Source: an uncultured Christensenellaceae bacterium
GTDB taxonomy: Bacteria; Bacillota; Clostridia; Christensenellales; CAG-314
Length of the DNA: 64,000 nt
Assembly (NCBI GenBank): GCA_910586905.1
Contig: CAJUIV010000001.1
Coordinates: forward strand, 61,081 to 125,080
Direction: 5' to 3'
Part shown: piece after piece, positions 18,207 to 28,533 of the stretch
Position numbering within the stretch: position 1 is the first letter of the stretch
Layout: each line of letters starts with the position of its first letter
Made by a program: the position numbers and the translations under genes
The notes under the pieces: model-generated
What the model saw: only the letters and a program-made list of their open reading frames with translations
What the model was told of the DNA's origin: nothing
Database searches by the model: none

Positions 18207-19618
18207 TAGCCCCTCCTCTTGTTGTTTTTGTTGGGAATAGATTTCGGTCTTTCCGTCATTTGAGGCACGGGTTTTTGACCTATCGCGTCTTGCCTGTCTT
18301 GCGGAATATTAGGCGCGAACGGAGCAAGAAAAGGCGTTTTGTTGTTTTGAAGCGAAGCAAGGTACAATAATATTGCGATTATCGAAAGGGTAACGCCCAA
18401 AAGTCCCATCGTTCCGCCGATAAAAGTTATAATAAGGCGCATAAGAGAAAGTACCAAAGTATTATCGGGCAAAGTGAATAAACCTATTCCCGATAACGCT
18501 CCTATCATAACTGCGGGAGCGCCAAGCAAACCGGCTTTTACAGCCGCGTCGCCCAATACTATTGCCCCGACAAGCGAAAGCGATATGCCGACGGCCGACG
18601 GCATACGTAAATTCGCTTCGCGTAAAATATCGAATATAACAAGTACCAGCATCATTTCGAACAGCGGAGAAAACGGTATCGCTTCCGACGCGTTCATAAC
18701 GGTTATCAAAAACTGCAAAGGTATTATTTGATAGTTATAAACCTGCAGGCAAACGTATAAAGCGGGCAGCAAAACGGACGCCAACACACTTATAAACCGC
18801 AAAATGCGGCTGAACGCCGTCATTGTAGAGTTTTCGTAGTAATCGCCGGGACTTTGCATATCTTCAACGAAAAGATATGGCAAAGTAAGTACCATCGGAG
18901 AACCGTCCACTATTATCGCCACGCGGCCTTCCAGCATTTTCGCAACCGCGACGTCGGGTTTTTCAGTTACGCCTACGCGTCTGAACAACACGGTTTTGTT
19001 AGAATCGAGATAACGCGCCAAATAACTGCTGTCCAACACGCCGTCTACCGAAATGTTTTCGATTTGCTGAGCAATGTTATCCACGATTGACTTGTCGGCA
19101 ATAGTATCCAAATAACACAAACTTACGGCGGTATTGGTATATTTGCCTACGGCAAGATTTATAGTCTTGAAATTGGCGGTTTTAAGACGTTTGCGAAGCA
19201 GCGTTATATTTACTTTTACGTCTTCGACAAAACCTTCGCGCGGACCGCGAAGTACCATCGAAGTGGGCGGTTCCGCAACTGCGCGTCCTACCGTCGTACG
19301 CGTATCGACGGAAACGCAGCCTCCCGATTCGTCGAATATCAACGTGTAGCCGTTGGTTAAATCCTCCACCATCGAATAAAAGTTAGGCGGATTTTTGGCA
19401 ACCGTTCCGGCGGATAGTTTGTTTTGTACGTCCTTTACGCTTTTGGCGTCGCTTATATAAACAAGCGGCTGAAATACGAAAGCGCTTACTTTTTTATCGT
19501 CGCACATCGTATCCAAGCATACGACGTTAAGAGAAATACCGCACTGAACTTGACGTACGCGCAAATCTTCGTCCCCGTAAAAAACTTTTTGTAATTTTTC
19601 CAGCAAATTTTCCTTCAT
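18206..19618 (-). CDS. spore germination protein, GerAA/GerKA-type subunit
   Basis: GerA-family core (EPPTSMVLRGPREGFVE, LPYLFVEDMQSPGDYY) with C-terminal TM helices. The ORF-track start at 19642 is a TTG, so the ATG at 19618 is preferred. Neither has a clear Shine-Dalgarno. Confidence 0.8.
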   Translation of the reverse strand: MKENLLEKLQKVFYGDEDLRVRQVQCGISLNVVCLDTMCDDKKVSAFVFQPLVYISDAKSVKDVQNKLSAGTVAKNPPNFYSMVEDLTNGYTLIFDESGGCVSVDTRTTVGRAVAEPPTSMVLRGPREGFVEDVKVNITLLRKRLKTANFKTINLAVGKYTNTAVSLCYLDTIADKSIVDNIAQQIENISVDGVLDSSYLARYLDSNKTVLFRRVGVTEKPDVAVAKMLEGRVAIIVDGSPMVLTLPYLFVEDMQSPGDYYENSTMTAFSRILRFISVLASVLLPALYVCLQVYNYQIIPLQFLITVMNASEAIPFSPLFEMMLVLVIFDILREANLRMPSAVGISLSLVGAIVLGDAAVKAGLLGAPAVMIGALSGIGLFTLPDNTLVLSLMRLIITFIGGTMGLLGVTLSIIAILLYLASLQNNKTPFLAPFAPNIPQDRQDAIGQKPVPQMTERPKSIPNKNNKRRG

Positions 19619-19905
19619 ACAAATGATTTTTGCATAAAACAAAACAATTTATACTTATAAACAAACGAAATAATAAACGTATATTTCAATCAATGTACGC
19701 TAAGAAGCTAAAACGCGTATAATCGTACGCTCAAAGTCGTTTAATAAAAAATCACAATATATAATTCGGCAGCCGGTCTTGTATCCGAATAAAATTGCAC
19801 GTCAAAACTTTAATCGCGTTATATTTTAAAAAGTAAATTATCAAATTTCCGCCTATAAAAAAGCGTTCGGTTTAGCCCGAACGCGTAAAATTTCAAAATA
19901 TATAA

Positions 19906-20676
19906 TCAGTTCATCACAACGCCGAACAATCTGTCTAAAGGTATTTGCCCCAAAAACCGGGAATCGTTACTGTTTCCCCTGTTATCTCCCATAACGTAAA
20001 CGTTTCCTGCGGAGATTACCAAAGGGTTGCCCTTAGTATGATTTCTTAAATTGCCCAATCCGGTGCTTACCAAATCGGTATCGTTATTGATTATAAATTG
20101 ATAAAGCGGTTTGTCTCCGCGTTTATAGTAATCTTCGTAAAGAGTTTCGCCGTCCGCCGTTTCGATTACAACTATATAATCGTTAAGCGTTTCTTCTTTC
20201 TTTTCGACCCAGATTTTATCCCCCTCGACGGCGACGACGCGTTTGATCAGTTTTTCGTACTTACCGCCTTTTCCGCTATCCTTGGGGGAAGCGAACTTCG
20301 CTTTGAATTTGTTGTCTACGTTATGTTTGTAAAACACGATAACGTCGCCGCGTTTAGGCTTCGTCAATTCGTTAACAAACACCGTTTCTCCGCTGTTATA
20401 CGTAGGAAGCATAGATTCGCCGGAAACTTTTATGTTGGTAAAAACGAATAACCGCAAAATAAGCAAAACTGTTAAAACGGCTATAATAACCCACAAAACG
20501 ACGTTGACGACAAAATTGAGCTTCTTCTTATTCCGCTCTTTTACCGAATCGCTTGCGCTTTCCGTTACGTCAAAGATTTCGGAAGACGAAGACTCGTTCG
20601 GGTCGGTTTCCGCCGAAATCTTTTCGTTCGGAGATTCTTCGTCTATATTAAATTGTTCGTCGTTATTTAACGTCAA
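19906..20676 (-). CDS. lepB: signal peptidase I with an acidic Ser/Glu-rich N-terminal extension
   Basis: GESMLPTY, GDVIVF, KRVVAVEGD and GDNRGNSNDSR boxes. TTG start overlapping the end of the DUF951 gene. Confidence 0.9.
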   Translation of the reverse strand: MTLNNDEQFNIDEESPNEKISAETDPNESSSSEIFDVTESASDSVKERNKKKLNFVVNVVLWVIIAVLTVLLILRLFVFTNIKVSGESMLPTYNSGETVFVNELTKPKRGDVIVFYKHNVDNKFKAKFASPKDSGKGGKYEKLIKRVVAVEGDKIWVEKKEETLNDYIVVIETADGETLYEDYYKRGDKPLYQFIINNDTDLVSTGLGNLRNHTKGNPLVISAGNVYVMGDNRGNSNDSRFLGQIPLDRLFGVVMN

Positions 20677-20845
20677 CGTTTTTTACCGCCTTGTGAAATT
20701 TATCGCTTGCGAGCATAACGGTACGCCCGCATTTGTTACATTTTATTTTGTAATCGGCGCCCACTCGCGTAATTACCCATTTATCGCAGCCGCAAGCGTG
20801 TTTTTTACGCGTCGTTACAGTATCCCCAATACAAAACATTATCAT
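20663..20845 (-). CDS. DUF951-family small protein
   Basis: GDTV..RKKHACGCDKWVITRVGADYKIKCNKCGRTVML matches the DUF951 pattern (K-x-H-x-CG...W.I.R.G.D..IKC..CG..VM). Confidence 0.7.
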   Translation of the reverse strand: MIMFCIGDTVTTRKKHACGCDKWVITRVGADYKIKCNKCGRTVMLASDKFHKAVKNVDVK

Positions 20846-22482
20846 ACCAAGAAAATATTATTGACGATAATTTCTTGCTCGGCGGAAATTATAAGCATAT
20901 CTACGATATCCTCTTCCATAATCTGTTTGCCGTCCTCCGTTCGGCGGAAATTATCTTTTTCAACCGTAATATGCTGCCATTTGCCGTCGCCGATCAGTTC
21001 GAAGGTTTGCTGCATGCGGATATTTGCTCCGCCGAAATCGCAAACCGCGGTAATCGTCAGTTCTTGACGCGAATCGCTGCTTACGTCGAAACCGAGCGTA
21101 AATTCGTCCCCTCTGCACAAACTGTCGTCGCTCATAGCGAACGTGGCAAGAGCTTTTCCGCTTGCTCCGACGATATCCAAGTATCCGGCGGTTAATTTTT
21201 GTTCCAAGTCAACGTTCAGAGATTTTTGAGTCGAATCCAGTCTAATCAAAACCTGCTGTTCGTTGGTTCCGCTGAATATGTTTTTGTTAGCGACTTTGAC
21301 GCGCGCAGCCGTAACGGTTTCGCGATATAACGGAGTTGAAACGGCAACTTCTCTGTCGAACAGAGCAAAAGCCTCCACTTCGCGGTTTTTTTCGTACAAA
21401 TCCAATTTGGCGACGTAGTATTCGCCGGATTTTACAAGTTTGGCTTTGCGGAAATATTTTGCTTTTTTATCCGCGTTTGTACAATACCATACGGAGGTTT
21501 TGTTAATCGAACAGGATGTTTTTACCTTTAAACAGTATTCCCCGTTTTCGTCGGTATCGGGAAGCAAACCCGATTGCATAGGGACTTGCGCGCCTTTAAG
21601 CCATTTTACCAAGCCCTCGAAATATTTATCCGTTATATAATCTATCGCCGTTGGCAGCAGCAAAAATCTGCATTCGTGATTCAGTCTTCCGAAAATCTTG
21701 TTGGCTTTTTCTATATCTACAAAAGCGCTGTTTGCGGAATTGATTACGTATAGAGGGATTTTTATTTGCAGAGCGTACGTTTGAGGAGCAAGACCCAACG
21801 TCCAAAGCTGACGTTTGCGTTCGTAGTCCAAATGTCTGTTTAAATCATCGTCGTCATCGGAATCGATTTTACCGTCGCCCGAATCGGGGAAAGGACGGCT
21901 GATATCGCCGAACAACACGGCGCCGTTGGTTAAACGCTGGTCTACCGCCAATACTATAGCCCCCACGTATACTCCGCTGCCAATGGTCAAAAGAGATACT
22001 TGTTTTATTTTTTCTTCCTGAAACAGATACGTAATCGCCCTGCGGCAATTAAGCGCATATTCGAAAGTTTTTGTTTCGCGCGCGGTTTTTTCGACTTCGA
22101 ACATACCGGGAGCGACGTCGGCGTTGCAATAGTCCAGTTCTTCCACGTAAAAAGTAAACAATCCTTTGCTTGCGCGCCCTGCAAAGTCTATTGCCATGGC
22201 GACGAATCCGCTTTTTGCCAATTCTTCCAAATCGTTAAGGTTGATAGGCTTTTTATAATCTCCTACAAGCAATACTGCGGGTTTTACGGATTTAGTATTC
22301 TTACAGCAAACCGTAGCGAAAACGCGCGTTTTTTGATTAGCGCTCAGGCTTCTGCCCGTAAAGTAAAGCTGTTTGACGATAAGACCGTCCTTTTCGTACG
22401 TCTTAAATACGTTGACGTCCAGTTGTTCCGCCGTCGGGTCGTAGTTTTCCCACAGCGTTTGCGTCGTTAAAATGTTTTCCAT
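20842..22482 (-). CDS. hypothetical protein, N-terminal alpha/beta-hydrolase-like (acetyl-xylan-esterase-like) region without a clear GxSxG nucleophile
   Basis: 546-aa ORF with an ATGA overlap to the DUF951 gene. The N-terminal half resembles esterase folds only loosely. Confidence 0.3.
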   Translation of the reverse strand: MENILTTQTLWENYDPTAEQLDVNVFKTYEKDGLIVKQLYFTGRSLSANQKTRVFATVCCKNTKSVKPAVLLVGDYKKPINLNDLEELAKSGFVAMAIDFAGRASKGLFTFYVEELDYCNADVAPGMFEVEKTARETKTFEYALNCRRAITYLFQEEKIKQVSLLTIGSGVYVGAIVLAVDQRLTNGAVLFGDISRPFPDSGDGKIDSDDDDDLNRHLDYERKRQLWTLGLAPQTYALQIKIPLYVINSANSAFVDIEKANKIFGRLNHECRFLLLPTAIDYITDKYFEGLVKWLKGAQVPMQSGLLPDTDENGEYCLKVKTSCSINKTSVWYCTNADKKAKYFRKAKLVKSGEYYVAKLDLYEKNREVEAFALFDREVAVSTPLYRETVTAARVKVANKNIFSGTNEQQVLIRLDSTQKSLNVDLEQKLTAGYLDIVGASGKALATFAMSDDSLCRGDEFTLGFDVSSDSRQELTITAVCDFGGANIRMQQTFELIGDGKWQHITVEKDNFRRTEDGKQIMEEDIVDMLIISAEQEIIVNNIFLV

Positions 22483-22547
22483 AAAAATACTTCCGCAGTC
22501 GTTTTGATTATTTTAACACAATATAAGTTTTTGTCAATAGCGAAGAG

Positions 22548-23018
22548 CTACTTGTGATAGCATACGTTGTTTTCGATACAGCAGGCTCTGTATATTTGTT
22601 CGCAGAGAACCGCTCTGAATAATTGATGAGGCAGCGTTATTCTGCCGAACGACAAACGTAAATCAGCTTTGTTTTTTACGTCTTGAGACAAACCGTAACT
22701 GCCTCCGACAACAAAAGTAAAAATCGAATCGGTTTGTTTTTTACGAGATATAAATTCCGCAATCTGCATACTGTCCAGCTGTTTGCCATCTATATCCATT
22801 GCGACGACGCATCCTTCCGTTTTTTGCAAAATCGCTTCGCCCTCGGCGCGCGTTATCTTTTCTATTTCTTTACCGTTAGGAACTCCGCAAAAAGTATTTT
22901 CCGCAACTTCGACTATTTCCACCGCCGCAAAACGCGAAATACGCTTTACGTATTCGGCTATCGCGTCGCTGAAAAATTTTTCTTTTATTTTGCCTACGGC
23001 GACTATTTTAAATTTCAT
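22548..23018 (-). CDS. rlmH: 23S rRNA (pseudouridine1915-N3)-methyltransferase
   Basis: 156-aa SPOUT protein: MKFKIVAVGKIKEKF...YVKRI..., ...VVGGSYGL..., ...LSFGRITLPHQL. Confidence 0.9.
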   Translation of the reverse strand: MKFKIVAVGKIKEKFFSDAIAEYVKRISRFAAVEIVEVAENTFCGVPNGKEIEKITRAEGEAILQKTEGCVVAMDIDGKQLDSMQIAEFISRKKQTDSIFTFVVGGSYGLSQDVKNKADLRLSFGRITLPHQLFRAVLCEQIYRACCIENNVCYHK

Positions 23019-23019
23019 A

Positions 23020-23889
23020 TCACACCAGTAGCGCGGCTATCCACATAAACGCGCAAATTCCGACGGCAACGCCCAAACTCGTTTTTGAAAAACTGTTGAC
23101 TACAACGTCTTCGTCTTGCGTCTGCCACTTGCTTTTTGTGGTAAACATATATCCGACAACACAACCTGCAAAACCTATAAGCCCTACGAAAAACATCCAT
23201 AACGCATTGTCGATAAAAAAGCTGTCTGGAACGGTAAACGACAAGACGACCGCTGTTGTATTGTTCAGTAAATGCACTATGACCGAAGTCCATAAGCTTC
23301 CGCTGCGGTACGCGAGCAGCGCCATAAAAGCGCCAAGTACGAATTGATGCAGCGTTTGAGCGGGATTCATATGGAATACGGCGAACAACGCTCCGGTAAT
23401 CGCCAAAGACGCAAGTTTGTTTTTTTCTCGGGCAAGCGACTGAACTATAGTTCCGCGGAAAGCAAGCTCCTCGGTAAATGCGGGAATAACGCAAGCCACT
23501 ATAATCATAGACGCCACGTCCATATCCAAATCGACCGACGGACGTTTAAGTCCCGTCATTTCGATTAAATTCATTATCCAGTTGTTAAGAGGTATCATCA
23601 TCGTTATCAAAAACAACGTAGCGATACATCCCCAGCCGACATGTGCCAAGTGCGGTTTTTCTTTTATTTTAGTAGCGGTTACGAAATCGGTTTTGGATAT
23701 TTTCGCGTAAACGAACGCGCTTGCTCCTAAAGCAAGAGAGCATACCGCAAGCAGAACAGCATTAACCCACGACGCGACATTACCGAATAGCTGTATTATC
23801 AAAGCTACGATAAAACTGAAACCCACGTACACGACGGTTACGAAACCGAAACTCAGCCCCAAATCGTTTTTATTGTAGTATTCTCTCAT
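23020..23889 (-). CDS. CPBP-family intramembrane glutamic endopeptidase (CAAX protease-like)
   Basis: Motifs FTEELAFRG, FAVFHMN and HLLNN with multiple TM helices. The ATG at 23889 (GAGG upstream) is preferred over the TTG at 23898. Confidence 0.8.
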   Translation of the reverse strand: MREYYNKNDLGLSFGFVTVVYVGFSFIVALIIQLFGNVASWVNAVLLAVCSLALGASAFVYAKISKTDFVTATKIKEKPHLAHVGWGCIATLFLITMMIPLNNWIMNLIEMTGLKRPSVDLDMDVASMIIVACVIPAFTEELAFRGTIVQSLAREKNKLASLAITGALFAVFHMNPAQTLHQFVLGAFMALLAYRSGSLWTSVIVHLLNNTTAVVLSFTVPDSFFIDNALWMFFVGLIGFAGCVVGYMFTTKSKWQTQDEDVVVNSFSKTSLGVAVGICAFMWIAALLV

Positions 23890-24659
23890 CAAAAGCAAAC
23901 CTCGTTGTTAAATTGGTCGGCAACGTAAACCGATACGTCCTTTCCTTCCGTTACACCGCAATTTTTCAGCGCTTTTACGGCGGTATCGAAAGCGATTTCT
24001 TTAGTGTTATTTTCAAGAGATAAATGCGCGAGAACGATGCGTTTGGTGTTAGAAAAATCGAGTTTTTGCAACACCTCCGCGGTTTGCGCGTTTGACAAAT
24101 GACCGTAGTCGGACAATATTCTTCTTTTTAAAGGATAAGAATACGCGCCTTTTGTCAGCATATCCACGTCATGATTGCTTTCGAGCTGTATTGTTTGGCA
24201 AGGACGCAAAAAGTCCAAAAGCGCGTCGTTAACGCAGCCTGTGTCCGTAACGCTTGCGACGCTTACTCCATTCGACGTAAATCTGTAACCCAAACAGGCT
24301 TGCGCATCGTGAGAACACTCGTAGATATCCGCCGTTATTTCGTCTATCTCGAAACGCCCCGTTATTTCCTCTACGTCGCTGCAATACGAACGCTGACAAA
24401 TAAGGTCGGCTATTTTGGACGGAGCGTAAATTTTTGCGGGAAGATTACGCGTCCAATGCGGCAAAGCCGCGATATGGTCGCCGTGCTCGTGCGATATAAC
24501 AACGGCTCTTATGTCGTTTGGAGCAAGTCCGAATTTTGACAACGCGGCGACGGTCTGTTTGTAACCGTAACCCAAATCCAGCAATATATTCGTTTTTTGC
24601 GTTTGCACTAACGTACAATTACCTTTACTTCCCGAAAAAAGCGGGGTAATTTTTATCAT
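23889..24659 (-). CDS. MBL-fold metallo-hydrolase (YycJ/WalJ-like)
   Basis: HEHGDHI metal motif, 256 aa. Proximity to rlmH echoes the Bacillus yycJ...rlmH neighbourhood. Confidence 0.8.
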   Translation of the reverse strand: MIKITPLFSGSKGNCTLVQTQKTNILLDLGYGYKQTVAALSKFGLAPNDIRAVVISHEHGDHIAALPHWTRNLPAKIYAPSKIADLICQRSYCSDVEEITGRFEIDEITADIYECSHDAQACLGYRFTSNGVSVASVTDTGCVNDALLDFLRPCQTIQLESNHDVDMLTKGAYSYPLKRRILSDYGHLSNAQTAEVLQKLDFSNTKRIVLAHLSLENNTKEIAFDTAVKALKNCGVTEGKDVSVYVADQFNNEVCF

Positions 24660-24746
24660 ATCGTTTCCTTCGATTTTTTAGTAAAACTTATTTTGACTTA
24701 ACTGAAAATCGTATTTTATCATACGTCAAAATACTCGCGGCAGCTT

Positions 24747-26378
24747 TTATAGCTGTTTTAAAAGTTCTTCGCGCATTTGCTTGAATTCGTCGCCGTCCTT
24801 TTTTTCCAGCGCGTTGGCTTCGACTATTTTTTGCTGCAGATTTTTTGTCAGCTTGTACCTACAAGCAATTATTATACCTAAAACCATTATCGCGATAGGC
24901 AGTAAAATAAATGTCAATTTTATCGCAAGCTGCGCCGATTCCGTTTGTTCGACCGGTAAAAGCTGAACGGTATTGTTGCCGTAGGTTACTTTGCATAAAA
25001 TATCGTTGAAAGTTACCGTACCTCCGTTGACAGCGTCGCCGTATAATTTTGTAAACTCGGCGGTTTCCATATACTGCGTTTCGACGTAACCGGCAAGACC
25101 TATTACAAGCGGCGGAATAGAAAGACCTATTGCCTGCGCCGTTGTGTTCAAAAAATTGGTCAAGCCCGAAAAAGCCCCTTCCGTTCTCTCGCCGAAATAC
25201 AATTCGCCTACGTCGCAAACGTCGCCGAAACTGCTGTGCGGAACAAACACCGTACCGCCGATACCGAAGCCCAAAGCCAAACCGAAAATTATAAGCAGCC
25301 AAGTCGGAGTTCCCGATTTCGTCGAAATAGAGCTTTCGCTTACGTTAATCGCGGTTTCGGCCGGCAAAAACAGCATTAACGCCGCTACGGCAATCCATAT
25401 CAGCGCTCCCGTAATATATGCGAAGCGTTTGGACTTTATTTTTATCAGTTTAAGATAAAACGGCAGAGCGAATATTTGCGCTATAAACATCATGGCGGCG
25501 GCCACCGTAGCTATAGGAAACCTGCTGCCGCCGTTCAGCGTTATTTCGGTATAGCTCATACGCCTTAAATAAAAGTCGCAAAAGGTAAAAAAGAAACTGG
25601 ACATAACCGCCATAGCCATAGAAGTACACATTTGCATTCCCAGATACTGACGATACGTTTTTACTTTTAAAGGACGCACGAATTCTTTAAAACTTATTTT
25701 TGTTTTAACCGCGGGCGTTACGATTTGTTCGCGGCTGAATAACGCCGTAATAAGTATTGAAACCGTGAAAATTACGCCGAAAATAGCCGCCATCAAAATA
25801 TAACATTTGCCGTCGTCGCCTTTGTTGGGAGAAGCAATCATACCCGGGACCGCCACGCATATTACGCTTGACATTATGCTGAAAGCTATACGGACGGCGT
25901 TGACGTTGTTCCGTTCGTTAAAATCGTCTGTCATTTCGCTTGCGTGCGAATAGTACGGAATAAGCACGAAACTTTGCGCGGTTGCGTACAACATATATAC
26001 GATAACTACGAAAACGCATTTTAAAGCGACGCTGTTCGTAACCAAATTCCAAGGAAAAAACAACAACAGCAGTCCTACGAAAACCAAAGGCGCGGCAATA
26101 AGCATAAAATAACGGCGCTTTCCGTATTTACCCGGCTGTTTGCCGTCGGTTATTTTTCCGATGAACGGGTCGATAATTCCGTCCCAAATTTTGGTAAGGA
26201 GCAGTATCCACGTAAGATGAATCATCGGTATGCCTACGACCAGCGTTAAAAAGGGCGTAAACAAAAAGTTGATTATGTTAAAGCTTCCGCCGCCGAAAAT
26301 ATCGCCGCAGGCAAAAGCTATTTTATTACCGAGTTTTACTCTGTTCGGATTTACTTCCTTTGGGGCTGTTTTGCTCAT
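24747..26378 (-). CDS. MFS transporter, glycoside-pentoside-hexuronide:cation symporter family
   Basis: About 12 TM helices and the GPH-type motif KIWDGIIDPFIGKITDG. The ATG at 26378 with GGAGG upstream is preferred over 26444. Confidence 0.8.
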   Translation of the reverse strand: MSKTAPKEVNPNRVKLGNKIAFACGDIFGGGSFNIINFLFTPFLTLVVGIPMIHLTWILLLTKIWDGIIDPFIGKITDGKQPGKYGKRRYFMLIAAPLVFVGLLLLFFPWNLVTNSVALKCVFVVIVYMLYATAQSFVLIPYYSHASEMTDDFNERNNVNAVRIAFSIMSSVICVAVPGMIASPNKGDDGKCYILMAAIFGVIFTVSILITALFSREQIVTPAVKTKISFKEFVRPLKVKTYRQYLGMQMCTSMAMAVMSSFFFTFCDFYLRRMSYTEITLNGGSRFPIATVAAAMMFIAQIFALPFYLKLIKIKSKRFAYITGALIWIAVAALMLFLPAETAINVSESSISTKSGTPTWLLIIFGLALGFGIGGTVFVPHSSFGDVCDVGELYFGERTEGAFSGLTNFLNTTAQAIGLSIPPLVIGLAGYVETQYMETAEFTKLYGDAVNGGTVTFNDILCKVTYGNNTVQLLPVEQTESAQLAIKLTFILLPIAIMVLGIIIACRYKLTKNLQQKIVEANALEKKDGDEFKQMREELLKQL

Positions 26379-26816
26379 TTGACCTCCGCAATGTGTTTGT
26401 AATAAAAATTTTCTTTGCAACGTTCGTAGTCTATCTCGCCGCATTTTACGTAACCGAGTTTTTAGTAAAATGCGGGAGTCTGAAAATCAAAAGTATTTAA
26501 ACGCGGTTTTGCACCCCGGCGCCGCCTCCCTATTTTACGCTTCTTTAATCAACTCGATTGCCAACCCTCTGCCGCGGCAGGCGTCTCTCGTCCAAACGGT
26601 ATAGATATACAATATATTCCGCATAACGGCGTAAGCCAATACGCCGCTTACAACCTCTCCGTTTATCTCGGCGCAAACGTTTAGAGGGAAAAACGGCTTG
26701 TCGAGCTTAAACGGTTTGACTTTCCGTATTTCTTCGAACGGTTTACCGTCGAGTTCTTCCGCTTCTTCACACGTCGGAATACAGATTTTAAAAATCTTTT
26801 TTATCTTTTCGACGTG
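26375..26816 (-). pseudogene. GNAT-family N-acetyltransferase pseudogene (no start codon, premature stop, frameshift, in-frame stop)
   Basis: My own translation. Frame 1: ...EEAEELDGKPFEEIRKV...LYIYTVWTRDACRGRGLAIELIKEA then TAA (26537-26535). After a frame change: DFQTPAFY-TAA(26464-26462)-KLGYVKCGEIDYER.... These are GNAT motif A and the C-terminal FY-x-K-x-GY motif. Confidence 0.6.
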
Positions 26817-26819
26817 CGT

Positions 26820-27911
26820 CTAAACGTTAAATCTAAACAGTACTACGTCGCCGTCTTTAACTACGTAATCTTTGCCCTCGCTGCGGACTTTTCCTTTTTC
26901 TTTAGCTTGATTGTATCCGCCCATTTCAAGCATAGTTTCGTACGGTACTATTTCGGCGCGGATAAATCCTTTCTCGAAATCAGAATGTATTTTGCCTGCC
27001 GCTTGCGGGGCTTTGGTTCCTTCGACAACAGTCCAAGCGCGCGTTTCTTTTTCGCCGGCGGTAAGATAGCTTACCAAACGTAAAAGTTTGTAGCATTTTT
27101 TCACCAGTCTGTTTAAACCGCTTTCTTCTATACCGTAACTTTCTAAAAACATCGCTTTTTCTTCCGAGGGAAGATTGGATAATTCTTCCTCCACCTTGGC
27201 GCAAATAACTAACGTTTCGGAATTTTCTTCGGCGGCTTTTTTTTCGACTAGTTTTACCAAATCGTTATCAGGCTTGCCGATGTCGTCTTCCGCTATGTTA
27301 GCGGCGTAGATTACGGGTTTAGAGGTAAGTAAAAACATTTCGTCTACCAGCGCGCGCTCGTCTTCGTCGAATTCCATAGTACGCACAGGTTTTTCGCTTT
27401 CCAGCCAAGACAGAATACGTTTAAGCAGCTCCGCTTCCGTCTTATATTTTTTTTCGCCGGTTTTTTGCATATTTACCGCTTTTGCAAGATGGGCGTTTAC
27501 CGTTTCTATATCGGCCAGTATAAGTTCCAGATTGATAGTCGTTATATCGGCGACGGGGTCGATGGCGTCGGATACGTGAGTTACGTTAGAATCGACAAAA
27601 CACCTTACTACGTGAACGATGGCGTCTACTTCGCGTATATGCGATAAAAACTTGTTTCCCAATCCTTCGCCGCGGGAAGCGCCTTTTACAAGCCCCGCGA
27701 TATCTACGAATTTTAAATACGTAGGAGTGATTTTTTTGCTGTCGTACAAGACGGCAAGTTTATCAAGACGTTCGTCCGGAACGGCTACCACGCCGACGTT
27801 GGGCTCTATAGTGCAAAACGGATAATTAGCTATTTCCGCACCGGCTTGAGTTATTGCGTTAAACAAAGTGCTTTTACCGACGTTGGGCAAACCTACTACG
27901 CCAAGTTTCAT
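26820..27911 (-). CDS. ychF: redox-regulated ATPase YchF (Obg-family GTPase-like)
   Basis: MKLGVVGLPNVGKSTLFNA..., the FCTIEPN and DIAGLV G-motifs, and a C-terminal TGS-like DGDVVLFRFNV. Confidence 0.95.
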   Translation of the reverse strand: MKLGVVGLPNVGKSTLFNAITQAGAEIANYPFCTIEPNVGVVAVPDERLDKLAVLYDSKKITPTYLKFVDIAGLVKGASRGEGLGNKFLSHIREVDAIVHVVRCFVDSNVTHVSDAIDPVADITTINLELILADIETVNAHLAKAVNMQKTGEKKYKTEAELLKRILSWLESEKPVRTMEFDEDERALVDEMFLLTSKPVIYAANIAEDDIGKPDNDLVKLVEKKAAEENSETLVICAKVEEELSNLPSEEKAMFLESYGIEESGLNRLVKKCYKLLRLVSYLTAGEKETRAWTVVEGTKAPQAAGKIHSDFEKGFIRAEIVPYETMLEMGGYNQAKEKGKVRSEGKDYVVKDGDVVLFRFNV

Positions 27912-28533
27912 ATTGTATTTTTTCCTCCGATTGAACGATTCAATATTTAGAATCGGTTTTTAACTTATCCGTCATCGCGGAAAACCGCCAAAACGAACGC
28001 CGTTCCGATAATTATGCCGACGGTCTAAAACGTTACGAAAAAGCGTACAATTATAAAAAGCTCCGCCTTTTAAAATCCTTCGGCGCAGTCGATTTAACAT
28101 AATAGTTTTTATTTCGACAAAAAATTGAAATCCGCCGCGTTTTTAAAACATCTTAACCGTAAATATTATAATAAATTATACTATATTTCGTATGGATTGT
28201 AAATAAAAAACGAACCTCGGTTAGTCAGACAATCTCCGTAACCGAAAACGCGACGAATAAAACGAACGTGCGCTGTATTGATTTCGTAATAAATACGGAA
28301 GGCGGCGCTTTGATTGCGCACGGTTACCGGACGGCGTTACGCATTTCATAACTCCTAAAACCACTATTATTACGTTCGGCGGGACATTTATACGACAGTA
28401 GCCACCGAAATTACGCAAAACGACGTTCCGTCAGCGATACGGCAAACCGTCGTAAACGGAGTTACGCTTGCTGTTCGCCGCGCTCAAGACGTGCGTCTTA
28501 TAATAAAAAATAACGAATCCAAAGGTACAAACA

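Noticed and set aside
26375-26816. Stop-codon reassignment (TAA read as sense) as an explanation for the in-frame TAA codons in both GNAT-like regions.
   Set aside because: Many well-supported genes in the window terminate with TAA at the expected family length. Both regions also need frameshifts and lack start codons. Pseudogenisation is the simpler explanation.
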